The notes under the pieces: generated by a model | What the model saw: only the letters and a program-made list of their open reading frames with translations | The model's database searches: none | What the model was told of the DNA's origin: nothing | Position numbers and translations under genes: made by a program | Shown: positions 9,761 through 19,823 of the stretch, one piece after another | Layout: the number at the start of each line of letters is the position of its first letter | Position numbering within the stretch: position 1 is the first letter of the stretch | NCBI GenBank assembly: GCA_040756655.1 | Contig: JBFLYN010000006.1 | Span: 19,865-83,864, forward strand | Direction of reading: 5' to 3' | Length of the DNA: 64,000 bases | Origin: Bacillota bacterium | Lineage (GTDB): Bacteria; Bacillota; Sulfobacillia; UBA8153

Positions 9761-10753
9761 GTGCCCAACTTGAAAGGCGCAGACTTGCTGTCCCTGCGTG
9801 ACCTTACCCTGGAAGAGCTTTACCTGCTTTTGGAGACAGCCGGAGACCTCAAGCGCAAGTGGAAACGCGGCGAAAGGCAGCGTATCCTCGAAGACAAGAC
9901 CCTGGCCATGGTCTTCCAGATCCCCTCCACCCGCACCAGCATCTCCTTTGAAACTGCCATGACCCAGCTGGGTGGTCATGCCATTTACCTGGGCGGGGAC
10001 CGCATCTGGTCTGGGAAAGCCAAGGAAGAAAGCTGGGGAGACACCGTGGGGACCATCGACCGCTACGCCGATGCCCTGGTGGCCCGGGTCATGGCCCAGG
10101 CCGACCTGAAACTCGCCGCCGACATCGCCCGCATCCCGGTGATCAACGGGTCCACCGACGAGGAGCACCCCTGCCAGGCCCTGGCCGACACCATGACCGC
10201 CCTGGAGAAAGTCCGCGACCTCAGGGGAAAGAAGTACGTGCTCACCTGGGCCTGGCGGCACTCGAACCCGCCCATCGGCCTGGTCAACTCCAGCCTGTAC
10301 GCCATGGCCAAGCTGGGGGTCCAGTTCGTGGTGGCCTGCCCGGAAGGGTATGAGCCCGAAGCCGACGTGCTGGGCAAGGCCCGGGCCGACGCCCGGCCCT
10401 ACGGCACCGAGATCGAAATCGTCCACGACATGAAGAAGGCCGTCAAGGACGCCGACTTTGTGAATATCTACTGTTGGGTCTCCCCGGCCGTGTTCCGCGA
10501 AGGTCTCCATACTAATTTCGCCGCCCCGGCCCCTCACAACGCCGAACCCGACAAGTACCGGCCGTACTGGTATGTCACCGACGACATCATCGACTTGGCC
10601 AAGCCCAACGCTTACGTCATGCACTGCATGCCCGCGGCCCGCGGCGAGGAAGTGGCCGACTCGGTCCTGGATGGCCCCAGGTCCATCATCCTGGACGAGG
10701 CGGAAAACCGCCTGCACATCCAGAAAGCCATCCTGGCCTTGTTGATGGCCTAG
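9761..10753 (+). CDS. Carbamoyltransferase, AOTCase/YgeW-like (not a canonical OTCase)
   Basis: STRT, HPCQ, HCMP and EAENR motifs; KYVLTWAWRHSNPP resembles AOTCase; no DxxxSMG motif; GTG 9761 after GGAGG. Confidence 0.88.
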   Translation: MPNLKGADLLSLRDLTLEELYLLLETAGDLKRKWKRGERQRILEDKTLAMVFQIPSTRTSISFETAMTQLGGHAIYLGGDRIWSGKAKEESWGDTVGTIDRYADALVARVMAQADLKLAADIARIPVINGSTDEEHPCQALADTMTALEKVRDLRGKKYVLTWAWRHSNPPIGLVNSSLYAMAKLGVQFVVACPEGYEPEADVLGKARADARPYGTEIEIVHDMKKAVKDADFVNIYCWVSPAVFREGLHTNFAAPAPHNAEPDKYRPYWYVTDDIIDLAKPNAYVMHCMPAARGEEVADSVLDGPRSIILDEAENRLHIQKAILALLMA

Positions 10754-10818
10754 TTCCCAAAAAACGGGGGGGCCTTGCCGGGTCCCCCCCATTCCCACAG
10801 CTGAGGGGAGGATGTGCC

Positions 10819-12159
10819 GTGCTCGATCTCCTGATCAAGGGCGGCCTGGTCGCCACCTTCGATAGCCAGTGGCGGACCATCCCGGACGGCGCCGTGGCCA
10901 TCCGGGGTTCCAGCATCGTGGACATCGGCCCCGCCGGGGACTTGGCATCCCGGTACCAGGCCAAACGAGTACTGGACGCCACCGGCAAGTTCATCATGCC
11001 GGGCCTGGTTTGTGCCCACGCGCACATGCCCACGGTGCTGGGCCACAACATGCCCGTGGATTTTAGTCAGTTCCACGACTTCATGGACCTTTTGACCAAG
11101 TGGTGGTGGCCGCAGATCGAGGACCAGACCACCAACGAGGACATCTACTGGGCTACCCTGTATTCCAGCATCAAGATGCTGAAGGCTGGCACCACCACGG
11201 TGGCCGACATGGTGGAGGCTCCCTATGCTCTCCCGGGCTGCTTGGACTGGAGCGCCCGGGCCGTAGATGAATCGGGCATCCGGGCCCTCATCGCCTACGA
11301 GGTCACCGACAGGATCGACGAGGAAAACGGCCACCTGGGCGTCCAGGAAAACCTGAGGTTTGTCAAGGAGTGGAACCAAAAGCCCGGCCGGGTCCGGGGC
11401 GCCTTTGCCCTGCACACGGTGGATACCTGCTCAGAGGCGCGGCTGCGGGAGGTAAGGAAGCTGGCTTCCGACCACGGCGCCCACATCTTTATCCATGTGG
11501 CCGAGATTCCGCCCCCCATCACCGAGGCCAGGTGGGGGAAACGCGCTCCTTACGTCATGAGGGACGTGGGACTCCTGGCCCCCGATGTGCTGGCCGTCCA
11601 CTGCATCCACCTGACCCCGGAAGAGATCGACCTCATGGCCGCGGCAAATGTCAAGGTCGCCCACACGCCCATGAGCAACATGCTGGGCGGCAACGGTGTG
11701 GCCCCCATACCCGACATGCTGGACAAGGGGATGTCGGTAGGTCTCGGTCACGACTGCTTTTTCACCCTGGACACCTTCGATTACCTGAGGACCATGTACC
11801 TTGTGCACAAGGTCCACCGGCAAAACCCCGGCGTCCTGCCGCCGCCCCAGGCCCTGGCCATGGTCAGTACCATGGGCGCCCGCGCCCTGGGCATGGACCG
11901 GGACATCGGTTCCCTGGAAACAGGCAAGAAAGCCGACGTGATCATCGTCGACCCGCGGGGCCCGGCGCCCCTCACCCCCCAGACCTTCATGGGCTACGCC
12001 ATCATGGACGTAAACGGCGCCGATGTCCAGACGGTGGTAGTAGACGGCCGGGTGGTGGTGGAGGGCCGCCGCGTGCTCACGGTGGACGAAGGAGAGGTGC
12101 TCCGGCAATGCGTGTCCCGGGCTGAGGCCCTGTGGCGGCGCGCCGGGGCCATCAGCTGA
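10819..12159 (+). CDS. Metal-dependent amidohydrolase (AtzA/SsnA/MTA-SAH deaminase group)
   Basis: PGLVCAHAH, GTTT, HVAE, HTPMSN, GLGHD, IGSLETGKKAD. Confidence 0.92.
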   Translation: MLDLLIKGGLVATFDSQWRTIPDGAVAIRGSSIVDIGPAGDLASRYQAKRVLDATGKFIMPGLVCAHAHMPTVLGHNMPVDFSQFHDFMDLLTKWWWPQIEDQTTNEDIYWATLYSSIKMLKAGTTTVADMVEAPYALPGCLDWSARAVDESGIRALIAYEVTDRIDEENGHLGVQENLRFVKEWNQKPGRVRGAFALHTVDTCSEARLREVRKLASDHGAHIFIHVAEIPPPITEARWGKRAPYVMRDVGLLAPDVLAVHCIHLTPEEIDLMAAANVKVAHTPMSNMLGGNGVAPIPDMLDKGMSVGLGHDCFFTLDTFDYLRTMYLVHKVHRQNPGVLPPPQALAMVSTMGARALGMDRDIGSLETGKKADVIIVDPRGPAPLTPQTFMGYAIMDVNGADVQTVVVDGRVVVEGRRVLTVDEGEVLRQCVSRAEALWRRAGAIS

Positions 12160-12168
12160 CAGGGAGGT

Positions 12169-14253
12169 TTGACTGTGAGCCATTACCGGGTAGGCATCGA
12201 CATCGGCGGCACTTTCACCGATGCCGTGGTCATCGACGATGCGGGTCGCATCAGGATCTTCAAGGATCTGTCGACCCCGGCCGATCCGTCCTTGGGGCTC
12301 CTCAACTGCCTGCGCAAGGCGGCCGCCGCCCACGGGCTGGAGTTTGAGGATTTCCTCAGGGCAGTGGAACTCCTGGTCCACGGGACCACCGTGGCTACCA
12401 ACACCATGATCCAGTACAAGGGTGCCAAGACTGCCCTTATCACCACCCGGGGCTTCCGGGACTCCCTGGAGATGTTCCGGGCCCACAAGCACAACCTGTG
12501 GGACCTCTCCGAACAGCGCCCGCCCATGATCGTCCCCAGGTATCTACGCTACGGCGTAACCGAGCGCATCGACGCCACCGGGACAGTGGTCACCCCTCTC
12601 GATGCCGGGGAGGTCCGCGAGGCCGTGGCGGACATGCGCGGCCACGGGGTGGAGTCAGTGGCCGTGTGCACCCTGTTTTCGTACCTCAACGATGTACATG
12701 AACTGGAGATCAAGAAGATCATCAACGAAGAGTGGCCCGGGGTGCACGTCTCCATTTCCTCGGAGATCCTAAGACAGATCCGGGAGTTCGAGCGCACCTC
12801 CACTACGGTAGTAAACGCCTACGTCTCGCCGCGGCTCAGCACCTACTTGCGCAACCTGCAAAAGGCTCTCAAAGAGCGGGGTCTCCGGCGCGACTTCCTG
12901 GTCACCCAGTCCAACGGCGGTGTGATGTCGGCGGAGTTTGCCGCGGAGCACGGGGTAACCACGCTGCTGTCCGGGCCGTCGGCCGGGGCCGTGGGCGGCA
13001 TGTTCTTTTCGGAGATCCTCGGGGAGCCCAACCTGATCATCACCGACATGGGCGGGACCAGCTTCGACGTTACCCTTATCAAGGACGGCCAGTACACCCT
13101 CACCACCGACGGCTGGGTGAGCGGGTACCGGGTAGCGGTCCCCAGCATTGACATTCACACGGTGGGCGCAGGCGGCGGCAGCATCGCCTACATCGATGAA
13201 GGCGGGATGCTGAAAGTCGGCCCACTGTCCGCTGGCGCCGACCCGGGCCCGGCCTCTTACGGGCGGGGCGGCAAGGAACCCACCGTCACCGACGCCAACG
13301 TAGCGCTGGGTTACCTTAACCCCGGCTATTTCCTGGGTGGGGAGATGAGCCTGGATGCACAGGCCGCGACCAGGGTCATCCAGGAGAAAGTGGCCGCACC
13401 GCTGGGCCTCTCGGTGACCGAGGCAGCCTACGGCATTTTCAAGCTGGTCAACGCCAACATGGCCGATGCCATCCGCGTGGTGTCCATCGAGCGCGGCCAC
13501 GACCCGCGCGAGTGTGCACTCATTGCCGCCGGCGGCGCCGGTCCCATCCACGCCGTGAAGCTGGCCGAAGACGTGGGCGTGCCCCTGGTCATCGTGCCGG
13601 GAGCCGCTTCAGTCTTTTGCGCCCTGGGCATGCTAGAGTCCGACCTCAAGCACGACTACGTCCGGACCTTCTATAGCTCCCTCGGCGCCCTGGATTTTGA
13701 CGCCATCAACGGCGTGTTCTCGACCATGGAAGAAGAAGGCCGCCGCACTCTGGCCGCTGAGGGCACTTTGGCGGAAAACATGATCGTCACCCGCAGCCTG
13801 GACATGAGATACGTGGGCCAGCATCACGAAGTCCACGTGGACATCGGCGACACGGAAGTGAGCCCGGTGACCCTGCCCGAACTGGCCGAAGCCTTCCACG
13901 CCGCCCACGAGCGGCTGTACACCTACAGCGAGCCCGAGAGTGACATCGAGATCATCAACATCCGGGTCACCGCCGTGGGGAAAGTGGCCAAGACACCGCT
14001 ATCCCAAGCCGAAGAAGTGGGTCCCGACAGCTCGGGTGCCAAGAAGGGCCAGAGGACCGTCTACTTCGAAGAGCTGGGGGGCATGGCCCCAGTGGATACC
14101 TACGACGGGCACCGGCTGTTGGCCGGCAACGTGGTGGAAGGACCGGCCGTCATCGAGCTGGTCACCACGTCAGTGGTGCTGTTCCCGGGTAACCGGGCCA
14201 AGGTCGACACCCTCGGCAACCTGCTGGTGGAGGTGAAATCAGGTGTCCGCTAA
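12169..14253 (+). CDS. ATP-dependent hydantoinase/oxoprolinase subunit A
   Basis: GIDIGGTFTD, HGTTVATN, EFERTSTT, SGPSAG, DMGGTSFD, GAGGGS, GPLSAGADPGP, TVTDAN. Confidence 0.95.
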   Translation: MTVSHYRVGIDIGGTFTDAVVIDDAGRIRIFKDLSTPADPSLGLLNCLRKAAAAHGLEFEDFLRAVELLVHGTTVATNTMIQYKGAKTALITTRGFRDSLEMFRAHKHNLWDLSEQRPPMIVPRYLRYGVTERIDATGTVVTPLDAGEVREAVADMRGHGVESVAVCTLFSYLNDVHELEIKKIINEEWPGVHVSISSEILRQIREFERTSTTVVNAYVSPRLSTYLRNLQKALKERGLRRDFLVTQSNGGVMSAEFAAEHGVTTLLSGPSAGAVGGMFFSEILGEPNLIITDMGGTSFDVTLIKDGQYTLTTDGWVSGYRVAVPSIDIHTVGAGGGSIAYIDEGGMLKVGPLSAGADPGPASYGRGGKEPTVTDANVALGYLNPGYFLGGEMSLDAQAATRVIQEKVAAPLGLSVTEAAYGIFKLVNANMADAIRVVSIERGHDPRECALIAAGGAGPIHAVKLAEDVGVPLVIVPGAASVFCALGMLESDLKHDYVRTFYSSLGALDFDAINGVFSTMEEEGRRTLAAEGTLAENMIVTRSLDMRYVGQHHEVHVDIGDTEVSPVTLPELAEAFHAAHERLYTYSEPESDIEIINIRVTAVGKVAKTPLSQAEEVGPDSSGAKKGQRTVYFEELGGMAPVDTYDGHRLLAGNVVEGPAVIELVTTSVVLFPGNRAKVDTLGNLLVEVKSGVR

Positions 14254-16021
14254 GGAATCCATTGTCAACCGCCCGTTTTCCGGAAACACCGACCCGGTCA
14301 CGCTCTCGGTGGTGTTCAACCGGCTGCAGGCCATCAACCAGGAAATGGGCATCACCATGACCCGCACTTCCCGGTCGCCTATCTTCGCAGAAGTTCACGA
14401 CTTTTCCTGCGCCATCTGCGACTGGGTCCCGCGCATCGTGGCCCAGGTGGACGGCGTGCCCTCGCACACGGCCTCCTCCATGATGGCCGCCAAGGCAGTG
14501 CGACAGGCCTTTGCCGGCGACATCCACCCGGGCGATGTGTTCCTCATCAACGACCCCTACAACGGGGGCACGCACCTGGCCGATATCACCGTGGTCAAGC
14601 CCATCTTCATCGACGGGGAGCTTATGTTCATGGGCATCAACCGGGCCCATCACCTGGACGTGGGCGGCCTTTCGCCCGGCAGCTACTCCCCCTTGGCCCG
14701 GGAGCTCTTTCACGAAGGAATCCGCATTCCCCCGGTGCGCATCTACCGCAACGACGAGCCCATCCGGGACGTGGTGGACCTGGTGGCCATCAACACCCGC
14801 ATGCCCGACCTGTTCTGGAGCGACATACGCGCCCAGGTAGCCTCGTGTAACGTGGCCGAGCGACGACTGGTGGAAATGGCCAGGAAGTACGGGAAGGAAC
14901 TCTTGAAGACCATCCTCGACGACATCCAGGCCTACGCCGAACACCGCATGCGGCAGGAGATCGCCAAGCTCCCGGACGGCACCTACGAAGGCGAAGCCAT
15001 CCTTGATGATGACGGTTTCGACCGGACCAACGTCACCATCCGGGTGCGGGTGACCGTCAGCGGGGACACCATGGACGTGGACTTCGAGGGCACCGACCCG
15101 CAGACCACGGGTTTCATCAACAGCCCCTTTGCCAACTCCTGCACCTCGGTATACGTGGCGGTGCTGACCACCGTCAGCCAGGACGTGCCCCACAACGAAG
15201 GCGCCTACCAGCCCATCACCATCAAGGCCCCGCCGGGCTGCGTGGTCAACCCGGACCCGCCGGCCCCGGTGGCCAGCGCCACCCTGGATACGGCCTGTGC
15301 CGTGCTGGAGGCCATGTACATGGCCCTCTCCAAGGCCATACCCGACCGGGTGCCGGCGGCCTGGAACCGTTGGTGCGGGCCGGCCATCTCCGGCATCGAC
15401 CCGCGCAGCGGCCAGTTCTACGTGCAGTATACCTTCTGCGGCATGGGTGGAGGCGGGGCCATGCCCTATGCGGATGGCCTAAGCTACGTGGGTGACGGCA
15501 TCGATCTGGGCGGGCTGACTGCCCCCAACATCGAGTCCAACGAGGTGGAATACCCGCACATCACCGAGTACCACGAATTCGACACCGACTCGGGCGGCGC
15601 CGGCAAGTTCCGGGGCGGCCTGGGCGTGCGTTACAAGATCCGCCTTTTGGACGAAAACCCGGTGCTGGTGGTGTTCGGCGACGGTCAGATCAACGCGCCT
15701 TTTGGCCTGTACGGAGGGTTGAGCGGGGCCCCCAACCGTCTCAAGCTCAACGACGGCACCCCGGAAGAACGTAACCTGCCCTCCAAGGGCGAGCTCATGC
15801 CAGCTGGCAACATCACTTACGCCATCCGGTCGGCCGGGGGCGGCGGCTGGGGATACCCGTGGGAGCGCCCAGCGGAGCGAGTCCGCATGGACGTACTCAA
15901 CGGCTTCGTGTCCCGGGAGAAGGCCGCCGAACTCTACGGGGTCATCCTCACCGCTGACCTGGCCATCGATGCTGAAGCCACCCGGGCCCGGCGCCAGGAG
16001 CTGAAGGGGGCAAGACAGTGA
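14243..16021 (+). CDS. ATP-dependent hydantoinase/oxoprolinase subunit B
   Basis: SPIFAEVHDFSCA, PGDVFLINDPYNGGTHLAD, HHLDVGG, EGIRIPP, DSGGAGKFRGGLG, GGGGWGYP. Confidence 0.95.
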   Translation: MSAKESIVNRPFSGNTDPVTLSVVFNRLQAINQEMGITMTRTSRSPIFAEVHDFSCAICDWVPRIVAQVDGVPSHTASSMMAAKAVRQAFAGDIHPGDVFLINDPYNGGTHLADITVVKPIFIDGELMFMGINRAHHLDVGGLSPGSYSPLARELFHEGIRIPPVRIYRNDEPIRDVVDLVAINTRMPDLFWSDIRAQVASCNVAERRLVEMARKYGKELLKTILDDIQAYAEHRMRQEIAKLPDGTYEGEAILDDDGFDRTNVTIRVRVTVSGDTMDVDFEGTDPQTTGFINSPFANSCTSVYVAVLTTVSQDVPHNEGAYQPITIKAPPGCVVNPDPPAPVASATLDTACAVLEAMYMALSKAIPDRVPAAWNRWCGPAISGIDPRSGQFYVQYTFCGMGGGGAMPYADGLSYVGDGIDLGGLTAPNIESNEVEYPHITEYHEFDTDSGGAGKFRGGLGVRYKIRLLDENPVLVVFGDGQINAPFGLYGGLSGAPNRLKLNDGTPEERNLPSKGELMPAGNITYAIRSAGGGGWGYPWERPAERVRMDVLNGFVSREKAAELYGVILTADLAIDAEATRARRQELKGARQ

Positions 16022-17148
16022 GAATCAGCGTACTCGGCGCTGGAAACGGTGGTTACGCTGCGGCGGCGGACTTCACCCGTCGTGGTCACCAGGTGACCCT
16101 GTTCGAACTTCCCCAGTTTGCGTCCAAGATCGCCTCTCTCCAGGCCGACTCACGGCTGGAGATGGTGGACATAGACGGAAACCACGTGGCCGAAATCCGG
16201 GTGCACCGGGTCACATCTAATATCCAAGATGCCGTCTCAGGCGCCGACGTGATCCTGAACCCGGTGCCCATTTTCGGCGTACCGGCGTTCGCCGCGACAG
16301 CCGCCCCGTACCTGGAGCCCGGCCAGTATGTGTTCACCTTCGGCAAGGGTGGGGCTTCTCTCATTTACGCCAAGTCCCTGCGCCAGCTGGGCAAAGAAGG
16401 CGTGTTCCTGGGAGAGACCAACACCCTGCCCTATGGCGCCACCCGCCAGTCGGACCACCGGGTGCGCATTGAGGCCCCGGTCAGCGAGCTGATCACCGGG
16501 TCTTTCCCGGCCAGGAACACGCCGGCCGTGGTGGCCAAGCTCTCCGAGTTGTACCCGGCCTACCACATTCGCACCGCCGCCAATGTCCTGGAGTGCCTGC
16601 TGGTGGACTACAACGCTATCACCCATACCCCACCCATGATCTGCAACGCTGCCCGCATCGCGTCGGGATTCCATGCCGAGGAGTTCCATCTCTTCGGCAA
16701 GTTCGAAAACCCGCCGCCGGTGGTGGAGCTCATCAAGGCCATCGACCGGGAGCGCATGGCCATTTCCGAGGCCCTGGGCATCAAGGCCTACACCCTGGAA
16801 GAAGAAATCGCCCACGTGGGCTGGGGTCCCAAGGGCAAAGAGCGGGAGGTACTGGACCTTTACGAGGCCATCCACACGGAGAAGCTCGAAGTCTGCGAAG
16901 GTCCCTGGTCGCTGACGGCCCGTCACCTCACCGAGGATGTACCGTGGGGCCTGGTGGCCTACTCCTCGCTGGGGAAGCTCACGGGCGTCCCCACCCCGGT
17001 TTCCGACGCCATCACCACCTTGGCCTCGGTGCTCAACGGCGAAGACTACTGGTCATCCGGCCGCACCCTGGAGAGCATGGGGCTGGACCCGGCGTGGAGT
17101 ATCGCCCAGCTTAGGAGTTATCTCGAAGAAGGGGCCGCTCTGCCATGA
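16018..17148 (+). CDS. NAD(P)-dependent opine (octopine/nopaline) dehydrogenase family protein
   Basis: VLGAGNGG Rossmann motif, ETNTLPY, NAITHTPPM, DRERMAI, RHLTEDVPWGL, VPTP, GRTLESMG. Confidence 0.9.
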   Translation: MRISVLGAGNGGYAAAADFTRRGHQVTLFELPQFASKIASLQADSRLEMVDIDGNHVAEIRVHRVTSNIQDAVSGADVILNPVPIFGVPAFAATAAPYLEPGQYVFTFGKGGASLIYAKSLRQLGKEGVFLGETNTLPYGATRQSDHRVRIEAPVSELITGSFPARNTPAVVAKLSELYPAYHIRTAANVLECLLVDYNAITHTPPMICNAARIASGFHAEEFHLFGKFENPPPVVELIKAIDRERMAISEALGIKAYTLEEEIAHVGWGPKGKEREVLDLYEAIHTEKLEVCEGPWSLTARHLTEDVPWGLVAYSSLGKLTGVPTPVSDAITTLASVLNGEDYWSSGRTLESMGLDPAWSIAQLRSYLEEGAALP

Positions 17149-17636
17149 AGTTCCTGGCCATCGACTCTGACAAGTGCAACGGTTGTCGCCTGTGCGAACT
17201 GGCCTGCTCCTTGCGGGCAGCGGGCACCATGCAGCCGGCCCGCTCGCGCATCTCAGTGCTCAAGTGGGAGGAGCGCTTGCTCAACCTGCCCTTTACGTGC
17301 TTCCAGTGCGAACGGGCATTGTGCGCCGAAGTGTGCCCGGTCAACGCCATTGCCCGGGATGGGGCCACCGGAGCGCTGGTAGTGTCCAAGGAGCGTTGCC
17401 TCGGCTGCGGCATGTGCACCCAGGCCTGCCCGTTCGGTACTATTGCCCTGGACCGTCCGCTGGGCCAAGCATCCAAGTGCGATCTGTGTGGCGGTGAGCC
17501 GCGCTGCGTGACCATCTGCCCCACTGGTGCCATTACCTACGCGCCTGGCGGCCGCACCGGCCTGGACCGCCGCCGGGCCGGTGCAGGCAAACTCGCGTCA
17601 TTGCTGCAGCTGGTGGAAGGTGGTGGTCCACAGTGA
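17145..17636 (+). CDS. 4Fe-4S dicluster protein (AOR small subunit)
   Basis: Four Cys clusters CNGCRLCELAC, CFQC..C..VCP, CLGCGMCTQACP, KCDLC..C..ICP; overlaps the AOR start. Confidence 0.92.
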   Translation: MKFLAIDSDKCNGCRLCELACSLRAAGTMQPARSRISVLKWEERLLNLPFTCFQCERALCAEVCPVNAIARDGATGALVVSKERCLGCGMCTQACPFGTIALDRPLGQASKCDLCGGEPRCVTICPTGAITYAPGGRTGLDRRRAGAGKLASLLQLVEGGGPQ

Positions 17637-19525
17637 CCCTGCACGGTTACGCCGGCCGGTATCTGAGGGTGGACCTGACCACCGGTCATATCAAGACAGT
17701 GGAGCTGGACCCGGTCCTGGCTCGCACCTACCTGGGAGGCAACGGGTTCGGCACCCGGCTTTTGTGGGACGAAGTGGGGCCTGAAGTGGACCCCCTGTCC
17801 CCGGGGAACCTGCTGGTGCTGGCCACCGGCCCCCTCTCGGGTACCACCTGGCCGGGGTCGGGACGACTGGAGGTCATCGCCAAGTCGCCACTAAGTGGCG
17901 CATACGGGGACTCCAACAGCGGTGGGTTCTTTGGGCCTGAGCTCAAATACGCGGGATTTGACATGGTGGTGTTCCAAGGGCGGTCCCCCCGCCCGGTCTA
18001 CCTCTACATCGAGGACGGGCACGCCGAGCTCAGGGACGCCTCGACACTGTGGGGCAAGGGCACCTACGAGACGGAAGCCCTCATCCGGCAAGAGCTGGGC
18101 GACCCGGACATCAAGACCTGCACCATCGGCCCGGCCGGAGAAAACCTGGTGCGGTTTGCCTGCATCAACGTAAGCTACATGCGGAGCGCCGGCCGCGCCG
18201 GCATGGGCGCAGTAATGGGCTCCAAGCTCCTCAAGGCCGTGGCCGTGCGCGGTTTCGGCGGTGTGACGCTGGCTGACCCGGGGAGGTTCTGGGAGCTTAC
18301 CATGGCAGCCCACCAGCGCATTCGCCAAAACTTCCTTTATCCCATGGTACGCCAGTACGGGTCTGCCGGGCTTACCGCGCTGGTGAACATGACCGGGCGC
18401 TTCCCCACCAAGAACTTCCAGCTGGGCGCTTTCGACGAGCACCCCAAGATCGGCGGCGAAGCCCTGGAAAAGTACGTGGTCAAGCACCTGGCGTGTTTTG
18501 CTTGCCCGGTGGCCTGTGACAAGGCCGTGCGCCTGGACGAAGGCGAGTTCAGGGGCACCCTCACCAGCAGCCTGGAGTATGAGGCGGTGGGGTCCCTGGG
18601 GGGCGGTATCGGCAATTCCCACCTGGAATCCATCGTGCGGGGGAACCGTTTGTGCGACGACTTGGGCATGGACATCATCTCCGCCGGACGGACCATATCT
18701 TTCCTCATGGAGCTTGGCCAGCGCGGGATCATCCCGCCGGATTTTGCCGATGGCCTCGACCTCAGCTGGGGGAACTACCACACCATGCTGGCACTGTTGG
18801 AGAAGACCGCCCTCCGCCAGGGGGTGGGTAACCTGCTGGCCGAAGGCGTCAGGCGGATGGCCTTGGAAATCGGCCCGGAAAGTGAACCCTATGCCATGCA
18901 CGTCAAGGGGCAGGAAATCGCCTGCCAGGACGGGCGCGGACAGCAGTCCATGGGCCTGGCCCACGTTACGTCTACCCGGGGCGCCGACCACCTCAAGGCC
19001 TACCCCACCATCGACGAGACCGGTTTTCCCTCACCGGCCGTGGCCCGGTACGGAGAGCAGTACATGCCGGAGCTCATCGACCCCCATGCCGTGAGGCACA
19101 AGCCCATGATCGTGAAAGACGGCGAGGATTTCTCTGCTGTGGTGGACGCCTCTGGACACTGCAAAATCGGCGGCACTTTCGTCATCGCTGAGATCGACTG
19201 GGAAGATGAGGCCGGGGCCCTGCAGGCCGCCACCGGGTGGAACATCACCGCCGATGAACTCAAGGCAGCCGGCGAGCGCATCTACAATTTACAGCGCTGC
19301 TACAACGTGCTGCACGGCCTGGGCCGGGCCCAGGACACCCTGCCCCGGCGCATGCTCACCGAGCCCAACCCCTCGGGCACCGGCCGGGGCCGGGTGGTGG
19401 AGCTAGAGACCATGCTGGATGAATACTACGTTCTCCGCGGCTGGGACTTGAAGACCGGCGTGCCCACCCGGGCCCGCCTGCTCCAGCTGGGACTAGAGGA
19501 CGCGGCAGAGAGGCTGAAGCTGTAG
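17633..19525 (+). CDS. Tungsten aldehyde:ferredoxin oxidoreductase family protein (paralogue 1)
   Basis: GYAGRYLRVDLT, KSPL, IGPAGENLVRFA, AGRAGMGAVMGSKLLKA, CFACPVAC, EYE, CDDLGMD, RGADH. Confidence 0.95.
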   Translation: MTLHGYAGRYLRVDLTTGHIKTVELDPVLARTYLGGNGFGTRLLWDEVGPEVDPLSPGNLLVLATGPLSGTTWPGSGRLEVIAKSPLSGAYGDSNSGGFFGPELKYAGFDMVVFQGRSPRPVYLYIEDGHAELRDASTLWGKGTYETEALIRQELGDPDIKTCTIGPAGENLVRFACINVSYMRSAGRAGMGAVMGSKLLKAVAVRGFGGVTLADPGRFWELTMAAHQRIRQNFLYPMVRQYGSAGLTALVNMTGRFPTKNFQLGAFDEHPKIGGEALEKYVVKHLACFACPVACDKAVRLDEGEFRGTLTSSLEYEAVGSLGGGIGNSHLESIVRGNRLCDDLGMDIISAGRTISFLMELGQRGIIPPDFADGLDLSWGNYHTMLALLEKTALRQGVGNLLAEGVRRMALEIGPESEPYAMHVKGQEIACQDGRGQQSMGLAHVTSTRGADHLKAYPTIDETGFPSPAVARYGEQYMPELIDPHAVRHKPMIVKDGEDFSAVVDASGHCKIGGTFVIAEIDWEDEAGALQAATGWNITADELKAAGERIYNLQRCYNVLHGLGRAQDTLPRRMLTEPNPSGTGRGRVVELETMLDEYYVLRGWDLKTGVPTRARLLQLGLEDAAERLKL

Positions 19526-19822
19526 ATGGATACCGGGCTCATCACTGTGAGCGTAAGGTACTATAATGTCTTTCTAAAGGCCACCGGGAAAAGTCAGGAG
19601 ACGGTGGAGCTGGCCGCAGGATCCCGGGTACGGGACTTGACCCGGACGCTGGCTGGTCGCTACGGCGGCGCCGTGGCCCAGCACCTGGCTGAGGCCGACG
19701 GTAAGCTCCCTCACTACCTGCGGGTGTTCAGAAACGGGCAACCGCTGGCCTTCGACCCGGCCGACGTGGTCCTGCACGACGGTGATGAGCTGGTCATTCT
19801 CATGGCCGCCAGTGGAGGCTAA
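19526..19822 (+). CDS. MoaD/ThiS-family sulfur carrier
   Basis: 98 aa ending LHDGDELVILMAASGG, directly after AOR. Confidence 0.88.
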   Translation: MDTGLITVSVRYYNVFLKATGKSQETVELAAGSRVRDLTRTLAGRYGGAVAQHLAEADGKLPHYLRVFRNGQPLAFDPADVVLHDGDELVILMAASGG

Positions 19823-19823
19823 G

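Noticed and set aside
19523-19528. AOR TAG directly followed by in-frame MoaD ATG as possible pyrrolysine read-through
   Set aside because: The AOR C-terminus is complete, MoaD has its own start, and no pyl genes are in the window
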